A DNA stretch of 64,000 nucleotides from a virus, in the IMG/VR virus record IMGVR_UViG_3300019776_000961, positions 129,221 to 193,220 of that record, one strand, 5' to 3'. Shown one piece after another: positions 10,079-20,118 of the stretch (the first letter of the stretch is position 1; each line of letters opens with the position of its first letter). A program made the position numbers and the translations under genes. The notes beneath the pieces are model-generated. The model had not been told where the DNA came from. It saw nothing but the letters and a program-made list of their open reading frames with translations, and did not search any database.

Positions 10079-10653
10079 ATAAATTTGATCAATTAGCTAA
10101 TGCAGCATTAGCTGAAGAAGGTATTGGAAGACATTTAAAGGCGATAGGTAGATCGGTCATATCACCATTAGCTATAGCACAAGGTGCTGGCAGCGTCTTA
10201 AAAGGTGTAGGTAATGTAGCAGGAGCATTTGGTGCAAAGACTTGGCAGGATGTACTTTCAAAACCCGCTGACATTGCTGCATCGGCAAAAGAAAAATACA
10301 AAGAATTTCAAAAATGGAAGCGTGACCCTGATTACTTGAGAGATAAGGAAAAATGGTGGGAAGGCGATGCAGGTAATATGGAGAAAAAATTACCAAGTAG
10401 AGGCGACATTTTTCAACTAGTTCTTAATAAAAAAGCCCTAAAAGGACAAGTCGTAAAAAAGAGAAAATCAGGTACTGATATTATCTATAGCATTTTAACA
10501 AATGCAAAAGATGTAAAGTCAATTGAATTAATAATTAGTAAAGATGGCAGATTTACATCTAATCTACGTACGAAATCCGGCAACATTAAAACAAATATTA
10601 ATGCAAGGCTTATGCCTACAGGTAAAAAGGGATATTGGATTTTAAAAGTATAA
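10075..10653 (+). CDS. Hypothetical late protein
   Basis: ATGA-coupled to the upstream ORF; leader MNKFDQLANAALAEE. Confidence 0.65.
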   Translation: MNKFDQLANAALAEEGIGRHLKAIGRSVISPLAIAQGAGSVLKGVGNVAGAFGAKTWQDVLSKPADIAASAKEKYKEFQKWKRDPDYLRDKEKWWEGDAGNMEKKLPSRGDIFQLVLNKKALKGQVVKKRKSGTDIIYSILTNAKDVKSIELIISKDGRFTSNLRTKSGNIKTNINARLMPTGKKGYWILKV

Positions 10654-10661
10654 ATATTTTT

Positions 10662-10883
10662 ATGCCATATAGAATTGTTAAATCAGGTAATAAGTTTAAG
10701 GTGATGAAGAAAGGTGGTGATGGCCATGTTTTTGGCACTCACCCATCCAAAAAAGCAGCTCAAAAACAAATATCTGCTATATATGCTAATGAATCAGAAG
10801 AGACCAAAACAAAGGTTAATGAATCATTTGATGATTTAGTCAATAATTTTTTAAGAAATATTCATTTTCCTAAAAATAGTTAG
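10662..10883 (+). CDS. Small basic phage protein
   Basis: Start reassigned to MPYRIVKSG (TATAAATA 5 nt upstream); GTHPSKKAAQKQISAIYANE. Confidence 0.65.
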   Translation: MPYRIVKSGNKFKVMKKGGDGHVFGTHPSKKAAQKQISAIYANESEETKTKVNESFDDLVNNFLRNIHFPKNS

Positions 10884-10998
10884 TTGCCTTTTATTCGGCA
10901 CTCATTATAATATTAATAGATATAGAAAGAATAGTACTATCTGTTATTTTCTGATATATTAGTTGATTACAGAAAAAGCGATAGTATACTGATATTAT

Positions 10999-11673
10999 AT
11001 GAATTTTAAAAGTACTAAGATTATTGAATTAGGGAGTTGTGCATTTAGACAATTCGGAGCCAATCATAGTCATTGTCAGTATCTACATGGTTATCAGCTT
11101 AAAGCTAAATTTGTTTTTGGATCATCCTCATTAGATAGTAGAAACTGGGTTGTTGACTTCGGTGGTCTTAAGAAACTTAAAGAGACTTTACAAAATCAAT
11201 TCGATCATACACTTTGTATTGCAGCAAATGATCCATGTATTGATCTTTTTAAACAACTTGAAAATGCAGGAGCATGTGTTCTTCGTATCATGCCTGATGG
11301 TGTAGGTATAGAGAAGACAGCAGAATGGTGTTTTGAAGCAGCTTCATCATTTGTTACACAACACTACGGTGATCGTTGTTGGGTAGAATCAGTTGAAGTA
11401 TTTGAACATGAAGCAAATTCAGCTATTTACAGTAAACCAAAGGAAATAACTTATGCAAAAGCTGTTCATTCAGTTGACACACAAGATCTGCCAAATATTA
11501 CATCGACAAATAATGTTCAGGAACCGGAAGTTAAAACAGTGGCTGAAAATACTATATCATCTGCAGCAGGAATTGATTCAGGTAATATACACCGGCCAGA
11601 GGGTGTACCACTGAGAAATCCAGTTACATCAGGATGGGGTAACCCGTTTAAGGGAACAAGTTGGGGTGTGTAA
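10999..11673 (+). CDS. queD: 6-carboxy-tetrahydropterin synthase QueD-like, with C-terminal extension
   Basis: SHCQYLHGY, WVVDFGGLK, FDHTL, EHEANSA. Confidence 0.85.
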   Translation: MNFKSTKIIELGSCAFRQFGANHSHCQYLHGYQLKAKFVFGSSSLDSRNWVVDFGGLKKLKETLQNQFDHTLCIAANDPCIDLFKQLENAGACVLRIMPDGVGIEKTAEWCFEAASSFVTQHYGDRCWVESVEVFEHEANSAIYSKPKEITYAKAVHSVDTQDLPNITSTNNVQEPEVKTVAENTISSAAGIDSGNIHRPEGVPLRNPVTSGWGNPFKGTSWGV

Positions 11674-12086
11674 TGAATGCAGAGCATTTGCATCAAATTT
11701 ACGGCGGTGACATAGCCGATTACATTAACCTTCCTAAAGAAGGAATCAAAGCTGTACGAAACATTAATCAATTAATTGCTAGTGATAATGCACTAGAGAG
11801 TATATATGATAGTCAAGTTAAGCAAAAAGGTGCCATTGATACTTCTAACATATATGTTAATAGGCCAAATATGCAGAGCTTAATTGAACGTCAGCCTGAT
11901 AAATTTGAACAGATGCTAGCTGATACACTCAATCGCGTAGCACGTGAAATTGGTGCTGTTGATGAGGTACCGGTACGCGAAGTACCTAGTGTGCAGCCGA
12001 GGGAGCAGACCCAGGACGATATTCGTCATGCACAAAATGAGATTGTCCGTGCAATGGCTGAGTTGAAGGACCTCGGAGCTCTTTAG
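11673..12086 (+). CDS. Hypothetical protein
   Basis: TAATG overlap with the queD stop (start MNAEHL); the 3' end overlaps the phoH tail. Confidence 0.55.
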   Translation: MNAEHLHQIYGGDIADYINLPKEGIKAVRNINQLIASDNALESIYDSQVKQKGAIDTSNIYVNRPNMQSLIERQPDKFEQMLADTLNRVAREIGAVDEVPVREVPSVQPREQTQDDIRHAQNEIVRAMAELKDLGAL

Positions 12087-12867
12087 TATTTGTTACAGGC
12101 ATAATACCTTTGAATACATGTGTAACATAACGGCAGAGCTCTGAACGTACAATATGATCTTCAGTAAGTTCAACACAATGTACACCGTGTTGCTTTGCAT
12201 CTTCATTATCGAATGCTTTATAGACAGTATTAAAGCCTGATTTACCACTTGGTAAATCTGATTGATCAGGGTCACCACAGATAATCATTTTACTAAATTC
12301 ACCCATACGTGTAAAGAGTGTCTGTAGTTCGCGAATTGTTAAATTTTGACTCTCATCACAGCATACAAATTTTACTGCAAAGTGTAAGCCACGCGCAAAG
12401 TTAATAGGACAAATAGTTATTCTATTATCTTTATGTAAGCGATGAATTTGTGGCTCTGTTACGAGCTCTGTAAATTTTTCATTAAAAGGCGTCATATATA
12501 CATTAACCTTTTCGTTAATGTCACCTGGTAAATATCCAAGCTTTGAATCTGAACTCTCGACTGCTGACCGTACCAGTACAATATCTGATACTTTTCTTGT
12601 ATTAAGAAGTTGCAAACCAAGATACATTGATAAAATTGTTTTTGATGTACCAGCAGGTCCCTTGAGAATCATAAGTTTTGTATTCTTATCAAGAAAGAGA
12701 TTTATAATTTCCTTCTGCTTATCTGTCCAAGGAAGCTCTCGAACATTAAGAGTGAAATCAATTTTCTCTCTTTGGGCTACGTAGGGCGAAGTGTCGTTAG
12801 AAACAGGCTCGACACTTTTCGCTAAGGGAGCGGAGGCAGCTGTTTTCACAGCTTTCTTCTTTTTCAT
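11986..12867 (-). CDS. phoH: PhoH-family ATPase
   Basis: GPAGTSKT, LGYLPGD, ARG, DESQN, GDPDQSD, IVRS. Confidence 0.92.
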   Translation of the reverse strand: MKKKKAVKTAASAPLAKSVEPVSNDTSPYVAQREKIDFTLNVRELPWTDKQKEIINLFLDKNTKLMILKGPAGTSKTILSMYLGLQLLNTRKVSDIVLVRSAVESSDSKLGYLPGDINEKVNVYMTPFNEKFTELVTEPQIHRLHKDNRITICPINFARGLHFAVKFVCCDESQNLTIRELQTLFTRMGEFSKMIICGDPDQSDLPSGKSGFNTVYKAFDNEDAKQHGVHCVELTEDHIVRSELCRYVTHVFKGIMPVTNTKELRGPSTQPLHGQSHFVHDEYRPGSAPSAAH

Positions 12868-12929
12868 CTTAAATTATTTAATCAAAGTTCACCGTTGATA
12901 TCTACATAAAATAATCTATTATTATTGTA

Positions 12930-13694
12930 ATGAGTACTATTGATATTAATACAGAGAGTCTTTTTTTATCTGATGATAAAGTTTTTTATACTATAGAAGG
13001 GGAGGGTGAGTATGTAGGTAAGCCTTCTGTTTTTATGCGCATGTCAATGTGTAATTTAACATGCATTGGTTTTTCATCACCTGATTCACCAAACGGTTGT
13101 GACTCCTTTGTATCATGGTCAGTAAAGAATAAAATGACATTTGCAGAAATTTTTAAGCTTATGGAAGATAATAACTACGTTCAGCATCTTGCTGATGGAG
13201 CTATTCTCAAGCTTACAGGTGGTGAACCTCTCATTCAACAAAAACAACTTATTAAGTTTGTTAAAGCATTCATGCAGAAGTATGAGATTCTTCCTATTAT
13301 TGACTTCGAGACTAATGCTACATTAATGCCTGATCCAGAGTGGAGAGAGCTCTACGGTGCTACATTTACTACATCACCTAAGCTTCGTTCAAACGGTGAT
13401 CCTGAGGATAAAACATATAAACCAGAAGTCCTTAAGTGGCATTCAGAGAATAATTCAGGATTTAAATTTGTCATTAATTCAGATAAGGATATTGAAGAGA
13501 TTTGGGAGAAATACGTTAAAGATAAAAATGGTATTAATGTTAAGCTTAACCGTATTTGGTTTATGCCATGTTGCGGATCACGTCAAGAACATTCTGAGCG
13601 CTCGGCTGCAGTTGCTGAGTATGCAAAGGCACTTCATGTTAATTTTAGTCCGCGTCTTCAGCTTGTAATTTGGGATAAAGCACTAAAGGTATAA
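12930..13694 (+). CDS. queE: 7-carboxy-7-deazaguanine synthase (radical SAM)
   Basis: FYTIEGEG..VG.PSVFMR, CNLTC...CDS, LTGGEP, ETN, SPK, PRLQ. Confidence 0.9.
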   Translation: MSTIDINTESLFLSDDKVFYTIEGEGEYVGKPSVFMRMSMCNLTCIGFSSPDSPNGCDSFVSWSVKNKMTFAEIFKLMEDNNYVQHLADGAILKLTGGEPLIQQKQLIKFVKAFMQKYEILPIIDFETNATLMPDPEWRELYGATFTTSPKLRSNGDPEDKTYKPEVLKWHSENNSGFKFVINSDKDIEEIWEKYVKDKNGINVKLNRIWFMPCCGSRQEHSERSAAVAEYAKALHVNFSPRLQLVIWDKALKV

Positions 13695-13705
13695 TAAATA
13701 CTTTG

Positions 13706-14203
13706 GTGATAACGTTTAGAGAATATTATATAATAACTGAGGGTACAGACGTAGATAATGCGTTAACCACTCTACCAAAGAAAGAAGTAAATAAGGAACG
13801 GAATGCTTCCAAATATCTAGATATCTTACAACTTGCTCTTGATACAGCTGGTATTGTTACGACAGCAATACCACCTGTTGAAATGGGAATTAATGCAACA
13901 AACGCTATTATCTCAGCATTACGTGCTGCTGCTGAAAAGACACCAAATAAAAGAAAGAAGCATTTAATAAATGCAGGTATTAATATTATATCTCTAATAC
14001 CAGGTGCTTCTCTAATTAAATTTCTCAGATTACGCAAAGCACCAGCTGTTGCAAAGACAGTTATCAATCTTAAAAGATCAGTTGATACTTACAGTAAAGC
14101 ACGTAATGCACAATCGGCGTATAAATTAGCTAAATTAACTAAAAAATCTTTACCAAAAGAAGTCAAGCGATTAGTACCATCAGTATCTAATCCAGGTAGA
14201 TAA
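13706..14203 (+). CDS. Hypothetical late protein
   Basis: AATAAATA 5 nt before GTG 13706; leader ITFREYYIITE; hydrophobic/amphipathic core. Confidence 0.6.
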   Translation: MITFREYYIITEGTDVDNALTTLPKKEVNKERNASKYLDILQLALDTAGIVTTAIPPVEMGINATNAIISALRAAAEKTPNKRKKHLINAGINIISLIPGASLIKFLRLRKAPAVAKTVINLKRSVDTYSKARNAQSAYKLAKLTKKSLPKEVKRLVPSVSNPGR

Positions 14204-14244
14204 AAAAATATTGCACCTAGGTTATTACTAATTAAATAGTATTA

Positions 14245-14982
14245 ATGAGAATCGCAATTGTAGGCAGTGCATGTCAGGGTAAGACTACGTTAGTAAACGA
14301 TATAATAAAAAACTGGCCTGTATATACAGCGCATCAATCATCTTATCGTAAAGCTGTACGCGAAAAGAATCTTCCTATTAATAAGGAGACAAATCAGAGT
14401 ACGCAATTTGAGATTCTTAACTGTCTTATAAACGATCTCAAAGGTTATTCAAGTACTGATAATGTAATATTTGATAGATGTCCTCTTGACAATATAGTTT
14501 ATTCATTATGGAGTAATGCAAAGAATGAATCTGATATTGACGATGAATTTATAAAAAAGTGTATACCGCTTGTGCAGGAGAGTATGCATAATTTGGATAT
14601 CATTTTCTTTCTTCCAATTACAAGCGTCGCACCTGTAACAATAACAGAAAGAGCAGAGCGTGAAGTAGATCCTACTTATATTCAAGAAATTGATAATATC
14701 TTTAAGGGCATATCACACAGTTATTATCGTACTGGAGTGTCACCGTTCTTTCCTGATGAAGACCGTCCACCTATTATAGAGATCTTTGGTAATCCACAGG
14801 AAAGAATAGAGATGATTAAACTCTACTTAGGTGAGACAGGTAGTTTAGTAGATGGTGATAGTATATTTACAGCTCAGAGTATAGAAGAAATGGAGCAATT
14901 GTTAGAGATACAAAAGACTTTAGGTATTGAAGCTGAAAAAGAAAATAAGCTTAAAGACGAAATAATGCGCGGACATAAATAA
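14245..14982 (+). CDS. P-loop NTPase/nucleotide kinase (AAA_28/NadR-like)
   Basis: IAIVGSACQGKTT, IFDRCPLD. Confidence 0.75.
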   Translation: MRIAIVGSACQGKTTLVNDIIKNWPVYTAHQSSYRKAVREKNLPINKETNQSTQFEILNCLINDLKGYSSTDNVIFDRCPLDNIVYSLWSNAKNESDIDDEFIKKCIPLVQESMHNLDIIFFLPITSVAPVTITERAEREVDPTYIQEIDNIFKGISHSYYRTGVSPFFPDEDRPPIIEIFGNPQERIEMIKLYLGETGSLVDGDSIFTAQSIEEMEQLLEIQKTLGIEAEKENKLKDEIMRGHK

Positions 14983-14986
14983 TTGT

Positions 14987-15202
14987 GTGGAACAATTTAA
15001 TAAAGCATTAGAGCAAATAGAAGAAAATTTTAAGCCTATCAAGACCGTCAAGCGCGCTTTTTATCCGCGTAATTTTCAACTATCTGAGGAGTTTGTAAAT
15101 GCTTTTAGAGGTGAATATAAACGCCTTATTGATGAAGGTATTCAGCCTAATAAAGCCTTAAGTAGAATTACTAAGGCTCTTCTCTTTCACGTAAGAGATT
15201 AA
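14987..15202 (+). CDS. Hypothetical protein
   Basis: 71-aa ORF with GTG start directly after the upstream stop. Confidence 0.55.
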   Translation: MEQFNKALEQIEENFKPIKTVKRAFYPRNFQLSEEFVNAFRGEYKRLIDEGIQPNKALSRITKALLFHVRD

Positions 15203-16089
15203 CTACCGATAGAATTCTGTGTAGTTAGTACTCTGTAGTAGATGTTTGTTGAAACAGCTAAGGCAGATGGTACACCAATAGTAAAGTTAAGATCGTATCC
15301 ATTAATACCTACGACCACCGAGCCCGGTACAATACCCGGAACTATTGGCATTGTAGAAAGGGATGGTATCACTGTAATAAGACTAGTTAGTGCAGTAGTT
15401 AATGATGCATAACGATTTGAATTAACCGGTGAAATACCAGAAAGTGCCATTATTTGTGTTGCGACGTTAGCCAATGCGTTAATTGAAATAGTAGATATAT
15501 CTTGTGTACGTGCTTCTGGTGTTAAGATAAACTGACTATAATCACTTGCATATTGAGAAACACTAAGCTGTGGATTTATATAAAAGAAATTCGGAATAGA
15601 TGCCTGTATTGTATTACTTCCTGCAGGAATAGTCGCAACACCAACAAAATATTCACTTGAATCAGTTACATTTTTAAACAGTGAAAGCATGTAACTTGTC
15701 ACTGTTGGTATTGTTGTTTGTGTAATCTGCTTATAGACAGGGTTATTGAAAGTATTAGATGACGCACTTAATACAATACCTTTTGATATAGTAAATCTAT
15801 CATAAAAATCATTTGATGAATCTGCACCTTCACCTTGACCTGTTGATACGCTAGCAGCTGTAAGTGAGTTAATAGAAGCGCTTCCAATTATAGTATTGGT
15901 ACACGTGAGAGTACCTGTAATTGTTGCATTATCATTGATATCTGTTTCTACTACATTAAGATTGCCGAAATCAATTGTTTGAGTACCGTTTGGTGTTTGT
16001 ACTAATATTAAGTCACCAGGTACAAGCAATTGAGCTTGTGGTAAGCTTGCAACATTAATTGCATTACTATTGGATGGATTGATTGCCAT
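15199..16089 (-). CDS. Putative virion structural/fibre protein
   Basis: TATAAATA 6 nt upstream; S/T/I/N-rich beta-type composition; N-terminus INVASLPQAQLLVPGDLILVQ typical of fibre/baseplate proteins. Confidence 0.55.
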   Translation of the reverse strand: MAINPSNSNAINVASLPQAQLLVPGDLILVQTPNGTQTIDFGNLNVVETDINDNATITGTLTCTNTIIGSASINSLTAASVSTGQGEGADSSNDFYDRFTISKGIVLSASSNTFNNPVYKQITQTTIPTVTSYMLSLFKNVTDSSEYFVGVATIPAGSNTIQASIPNFFYINPQLSVSQYASDYSQFILTPEARTQDISTISINALANVATQIMALSGISPVNSNRYASLTTALTSLITVIPSLSTMPIVPGIVPGSVVVGINGYDLNFTIGVPSALAVSTNIYYRVLTTQNSIGS

Positions 16090-16121
16090 TATGATTATTT
16101 ATACTAAAATATCAAAAAACC

Positions 16122-16940
16122 ATGAATAATAAAATTGGAATCGGTATTGTAACGTGTAATAGGCCGAATTTTTTCGTTAAATGCTTAAGATCAATGCCAG
16201 GTAACTACATAATTGCAGTAGTTAATGACGGATCTGATTTTGACAAAACAGATTTAAATAAATTACTAACAGAGAAAAAATTTACATATATTCATAACAC
16301 TGTTAATCAAGGAGTCGGCAAATCAAAAAATTTACTATTTAAAACCCTGCTCGATGCAGGATGTGATCATATCTTCATAGTTGAAGATGATATTATTGTT
16401 AAAGATCATAACGTTTTTGAAAAATATATAGAAGCTCGTAATATTACCGGTATACAGCATTTTAATTTTGGGTATCACGGTCCTGCAAATAAAGCAGGAA
16501 TATCGGGTGGTAAGCCTGTGCCACGTCATGTAATTGATTACGGTTCAGTTAAGATAGCGCTCAATCAACATAGCGTAGGCGCCTTTTGTTATTATACACG
16601 CGAAGTTTTAGAAAAAGTTGGTCTTATCGACGAAGATTTTCATAATGCATTTGAGCATGTTGAACATGACTATAGAATAGCTAAAGCTGGTTACTGCACT
16701 CCATATTGGAATTGGCCAGATCTTGCCAATAGTATGGATTATTTAGATGAGATTGAATGCTCAGAAAAAAGTAGTGCTATTAGACCGCGTAAAGATTGGC
16801 AAGAGAATATTCAGAAAGGTGCAAAATTGTTTCTTGATAAGCATGGTGTATTACCAGCCTGGCAGAATGCTGTACCTGATACTACAATCGATAACATAAA
16901 AACTATTCTCAAGAAAATATATAAGAAGTATGGAAGATAA
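16122..16940 (+). CDS. GT2-family glycosyltransferase
   Basis: IGIVTCNR, VVNDGSD, GVGKSKN, IVEDD, EHVEH. Confidence 0.85.
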   Translation: MNNKIGIGIVTCNRPNFFVKCLRSMPGNYIIAVVNDGSDFDKTDLNKLLTEKKFTYIHNTVNQGVGKSKNLLFKTLLDAGCDHIFIVEDDIIVKDHNVFEKYIEARNITGIQHFNFGYHGPANKAGISGGKPVPRHVIDYGSVKIALNQHSVGAFCYYTREVLEKVGLIDEDFHNAFEHVEHDYRIAKAGYCTPYWNWPDLANSMDYLDEIECSEKSSAIRPRKDWQENIQKGAKLFLDKHGVLPAWQNAVPDTTIDNIKTILKKIYKKYGR

Positions 16941-17757
16941 AATTGATTTAAAAGGTTTAACGTTTTTGTTTCATGTTAGAATTGATACAGAGGAACGCGC
17001 AAGAAACCTACAAATAATAAACAAGTATCATAATAAGAATTTTACTAACTATAAAAACATTTACATCGAAGATGATGTAAAAATGAACATCCCTAAGTTA
17101 ATAGATATCTCTGATAGAGATACTTACGTCTTTACGTACAATGATGATCAATGGAATAAGTGTGCATCGTTTAATAAAGGTATTGCATTAGCAAAGTCAG
17201 AGTTAATTGCATTTCATGATTTAGATGCGATTATATCGCCTGAACAGTTCACAGATGCAATTAATCAGTTACTTGAAGATAAAGAAGCAGGCTTAGTTTA
17301 TCCGTATAACGGTACATTCTTATGTGTTAATAAGCAGCTTAAAGATGAATTTGCTAATGAGCTTGATTCAAGCTATTTTATAAAATACTGGCCGAGTGTA
17401 ATGCAGGTTAACTATAGCGATGGTAATGTATTAGTTGGTAGTCTCGGTAGTGTAGGCGGCTGTGTTCTCGGTAGACGTGATAATATAATAAAGGCTAATG
17501 GTTATAATCCAAATTTCAAAGGATGGGGGTACGAAGATAACGAATTTCCACGACGTGTTCATGTATTCGGTTTTTCGGTCTCCAAACTTACAAATAATAA
17601 GCATGTCTTATGGCATCTACCACACGATGGTCCGGGTGCTTCGGTTAAAGTAGAAAACCCTTATCATGAGCAAAATAGACAAATCTGCTCATTCGTTGAA
17701 ACAGCACCAAAGAGCGATGTTATCAAATATACAAAGGAGAGCTGGAATATAATATGA
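16930..17757 (+). CDS. GT2/GT7-like glycosyltransferase
   Basis: FNKGI, FHDLD, GYNPNFKGWGYEDNEF. Confidence 0.85.
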   Translation: MEDKIDLKGLTFLFHVRIDTEERARNLQIINKYHNKNFTNYKNIYIEDDVKMNIPKLIDISDRDTYVFTYNDDQWNKCASFNKGIALAKSELIAFHDLDAIISPEQFTDAINQLLEDKEAGLVYPYNGTFLCVNKQLKDEFANELDSSYFIKYWPSVMQVNYSDGNVLVGSLGSVGGCVLGRRDNIIKANGYNPNFKGWGYEDNEFPRRVHVFGFSVSKLTNNKHVLWHLPHDGPGASVKVENPYHEQNRQICSFVETAPKSDVIKYTKESWNII

Positions 17758-18536
17758 TTATACCGAGATTAAAAGGCGGTCTTTGTAATCAGATGTTTAC
17801 AATCGCTGCAGCTGCAGCGAGAGCGAAAGATCTAGAAACTGAAGTATGTATCAATTATCGTGGCCTACCACATGTAGGTGGACAGGGATTTAATCCTTTA
17901 CGATACAGGGAAACACTCTACAGTAATATTAAGGAAACAGATACTATGTTTCATAATGTTTATGCAGAACCCGACTGGTCTTATTCACCAATAACGTGTT
18001 CCGATAATACTATTATTGACGGGTATTTTCAATCTGAAAAACATTTTGCAAAGTATTCAGATTATATAAAAAATCTTTTTATCTTTCCTGATGCAATAAG
18101 AAATAAGATCAACAACGCACTAACGAAATTTGATAAGAAAATATTAACTGTACACATAAGAATGGGTGACTACTTACAGCCAAGCTATATGAGTACGCAT
18201 TTTATATGTAACCGTGATTACTACATTAATGCACTTAAGAATTACAATTTAAATGATTATACAATCATTGTTTGTACTGACGATGTTGCAAGCTATACAA
18301 AATATATTAATATAGAAAATGCCATTCTTTGTAATAGCAAGGACGAGCTAGAAGACCTCTATATGCTCTCACAAGCAGATTCATCCATTATGTCAAATAG
18401 TACTTTTTCTTGGTGGGGTGCATATCTAGGCAAAAATAAAGAAAAAATATGTGCACCTAGTCGTTGGTTTGGTGCTGATGGACCAAAAGACTATAAGGAC
18501 ATTTATAGAGATTGCTGGACAATTATAGACGTATGA
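17754..18536 (+). CDS. GT11 alpha-1,2-fucosyltransferase-like
   Basis: GGLCNQMF, GYFQSEKHF, VHIRMGDY, SNSTFSWWGAYL. Confidence 0.9.
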   Translation: MIIPRLKGGLCNQMFTIAAAAARAKDLETEVCINYRGLPHVGGQGFNPLRYRETLYSNIKETDTMFHNVYAEPDWSYSPITCSDNTIIDGYFQSEKHFAKYSDYIKNLFIFPDAIRNKINNALTKFDKKILTVHIRMGDYLQPSYMSTHFICNRDYYINALKNYNLNDYTIIVCTDDVASYTKYINIENAILCNSKDELEDLYMLSQADSSIMSNSTFSWWGAYLGKNKEKICAPSRWFGADGPKDYKDIYRDCWTIIDV

Positions 18537-19357
18537 AACAAATTAACATAAGAGATAGTAATTTTGCACACCATCCTGAGTCAATGACTCATGAGAAGAA
18601 AGCAACATTCATTAAATGGTGCCGTGATAATATAGCTGTAAGTGATTCGTGTTTTATAACAGATCTACACTTACATGAAGTTGACAAGTGTCATGCAAAA
18701 AGAAAAATAGCGATGCTTGTAGAACCACGCGCTATTAATCCACACGCATATGCTTTCATTGAACAAAATCATAAAAAGTTTGATTATGTTCTTACTTTTG
18801 ATAAAGAGCTTTTAGATCGAGGAGCAAATTTTTTATTTTATCCTTTTGGTGTTTGTTGGGTTAAGGATTTCTCAACACCTGTAAAGAGCAAAATATGCTC
18901 TATGATTGCTTCAAATAAACGAATGACACCTGGTCATAATTTTAGACAGGATGTTATTGAACGTTTTAGTGGACGTGTCGATCACTTCGGTAACGGCTTT
19001 AAAAGAATTGAAACAAAGGAAGAAGGTCTACAAGACTATTATTTTTCTATCGTACTCGAAAATTCACGTAACGATTATTATTTCTCTGAAAAAATAATTG
19101 ACTGTTTTGCATGCAAAACAATTCCTATATACTGGGGTTCTAACGTTGAACCGTTTTTTGATACTTCAGGTATTATAGTATTTAATACTATGGAGGAACT
19201 CGAGAATATATACAGCAAGCTATCTGTTGAGTTATATAACTCAATGAGTGAGGGAATGCAGAATAATTATAAAAAAGTAAAAGAGTATGAGATACCTGAA
19301 GACTGGTTATTTAAGAGGTACCCGTTTCTCTTCGACTCACCTCTTGCTATAATATGA
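18533..19357 (+). CDS. GT10-like (fucosyltransferase-like) glycosyltransferase
   Basis: KEEGLQDYYFSIVLENS...YFSEKIIDCF...IPIYWG. Start at MKQINI. Confidence 0.8.
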   Translation: MKQINIRDSNFAHHPESMTHEKKATFIKWCRDNIAVSDSCFITDLHLHEVDKCHAKRKIAMLVEPRAINPHAYAFIEQNHKKFDYVLTFDKELLDRGANFLFYPFGVCWVKDFSTPVKSKICSMIASNKRMTPGHNFRQDVIERFSGRVDHFGNGFKRIETKEEGLQDYYFSIVLENSRNDYYFSEKIIDCFACKTIPIYWGSNVEPFFDTSGIIVFNTMEELENIYSKLSVELYNSMSEGMQNNYKKVKEYEIPEDWLFKRYPFLFDSPLAII

Positions 19358-20100
19358 AAGTAGCTGTTATACGTCAACCCGCTGGTTTAGGGGATATTCT
19401 ATTTACCTATAAGGTTGCAGAAAAGATAAATGAAAAATTTAAACCTGAGCAAATAATATGGCCGGTCTGTAAGGAGTATTCTGATATTAAAGATTATATT
19501 GATACCCCGTCCAATATACATTTTGTTAATGAGGATAGTGAGTTTCCTGGTAAGAAGTTATATGACTCCTTTATTCGTCAAGTTGTAAATATAGATGATA
19601 TAACCTATATACCTCTGCAATATAGTTGTGAGTCGACATATGGTTATTTTAATTTTCAAGAAAACCTATATTCAAAATATAGCTTTGTCGGTCTAGATTA
19701 TAAAAATTGGGCCGTTTATGTAAAGCTTAAACGCAATCACGAAAAGGAAGAAAGCTTGTTCAATCTCAAAGCTCCTAATGAACCGTATATTCTTGTTAAC
19801 CGTAATTACGGTACAAATCCTCAGAAGAGACAAGATATTGCTCTTACATCAAAATATAAAATTGTAGAATTTGATTACGAGCCTGGGTATAATCTATTTG
19901 ACTGGATAAAACTTATTGAACAAGCAGAAGAAGTACACACACTTCAGACATCCCTTGCTTATTTGCTCGACATTCTTGGTAAGCAAAGAGTACATATCTA
20001 TCACAGAGCAGTAAAAAAAGCAGATATTGCCGGTACAGATCAAGACTCTTTTTACTATTGCAAAAAAATACATAACCCAGAATGGATTTTTGAATCTTAA
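19354..20100 (+). CDS. Hypothetical protein in the glycan operon (possible glycosyltransferase)
   Basis: QPAGLGDILF N-terminus resembles GT-B G-LGD motifs. Confidence 0.55.
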   Translation: MKVAVIRQPAGLGDILFTYKVAEKINEKFKPEQIIWPVCKEYSDIKDYIDTPSNIHFVNEDSEFPGKKLYDSFIRQVVNIDDITYIPLQYSCESTYGYFNFQENLYSKYSFVGLDYKNWAVYVKLKRNHEKEESLFNLKAPNEPYILVNRNYGTNPQKRQDIALTSKYKIVEFDYEPGYNLFDWIKLIEQAEEVHTLQTSLAYLLDILGKQRVHIYHRAVKKADIAGTDQDSFYYCKKIHNPEWIFES

Positions 20101-20118
20101 GCAATATAATAATAGGGT

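Noticed and set aside
8951-11673. folE/queD as folate or tRNA-queuosine auxiliary metabolism
   Set aside because: Co-occurrence with QueE, QueF and a DpdA-type rather than tRNA-type transglycosylase favours DNA modification. A tRNA role is not formally excluded.
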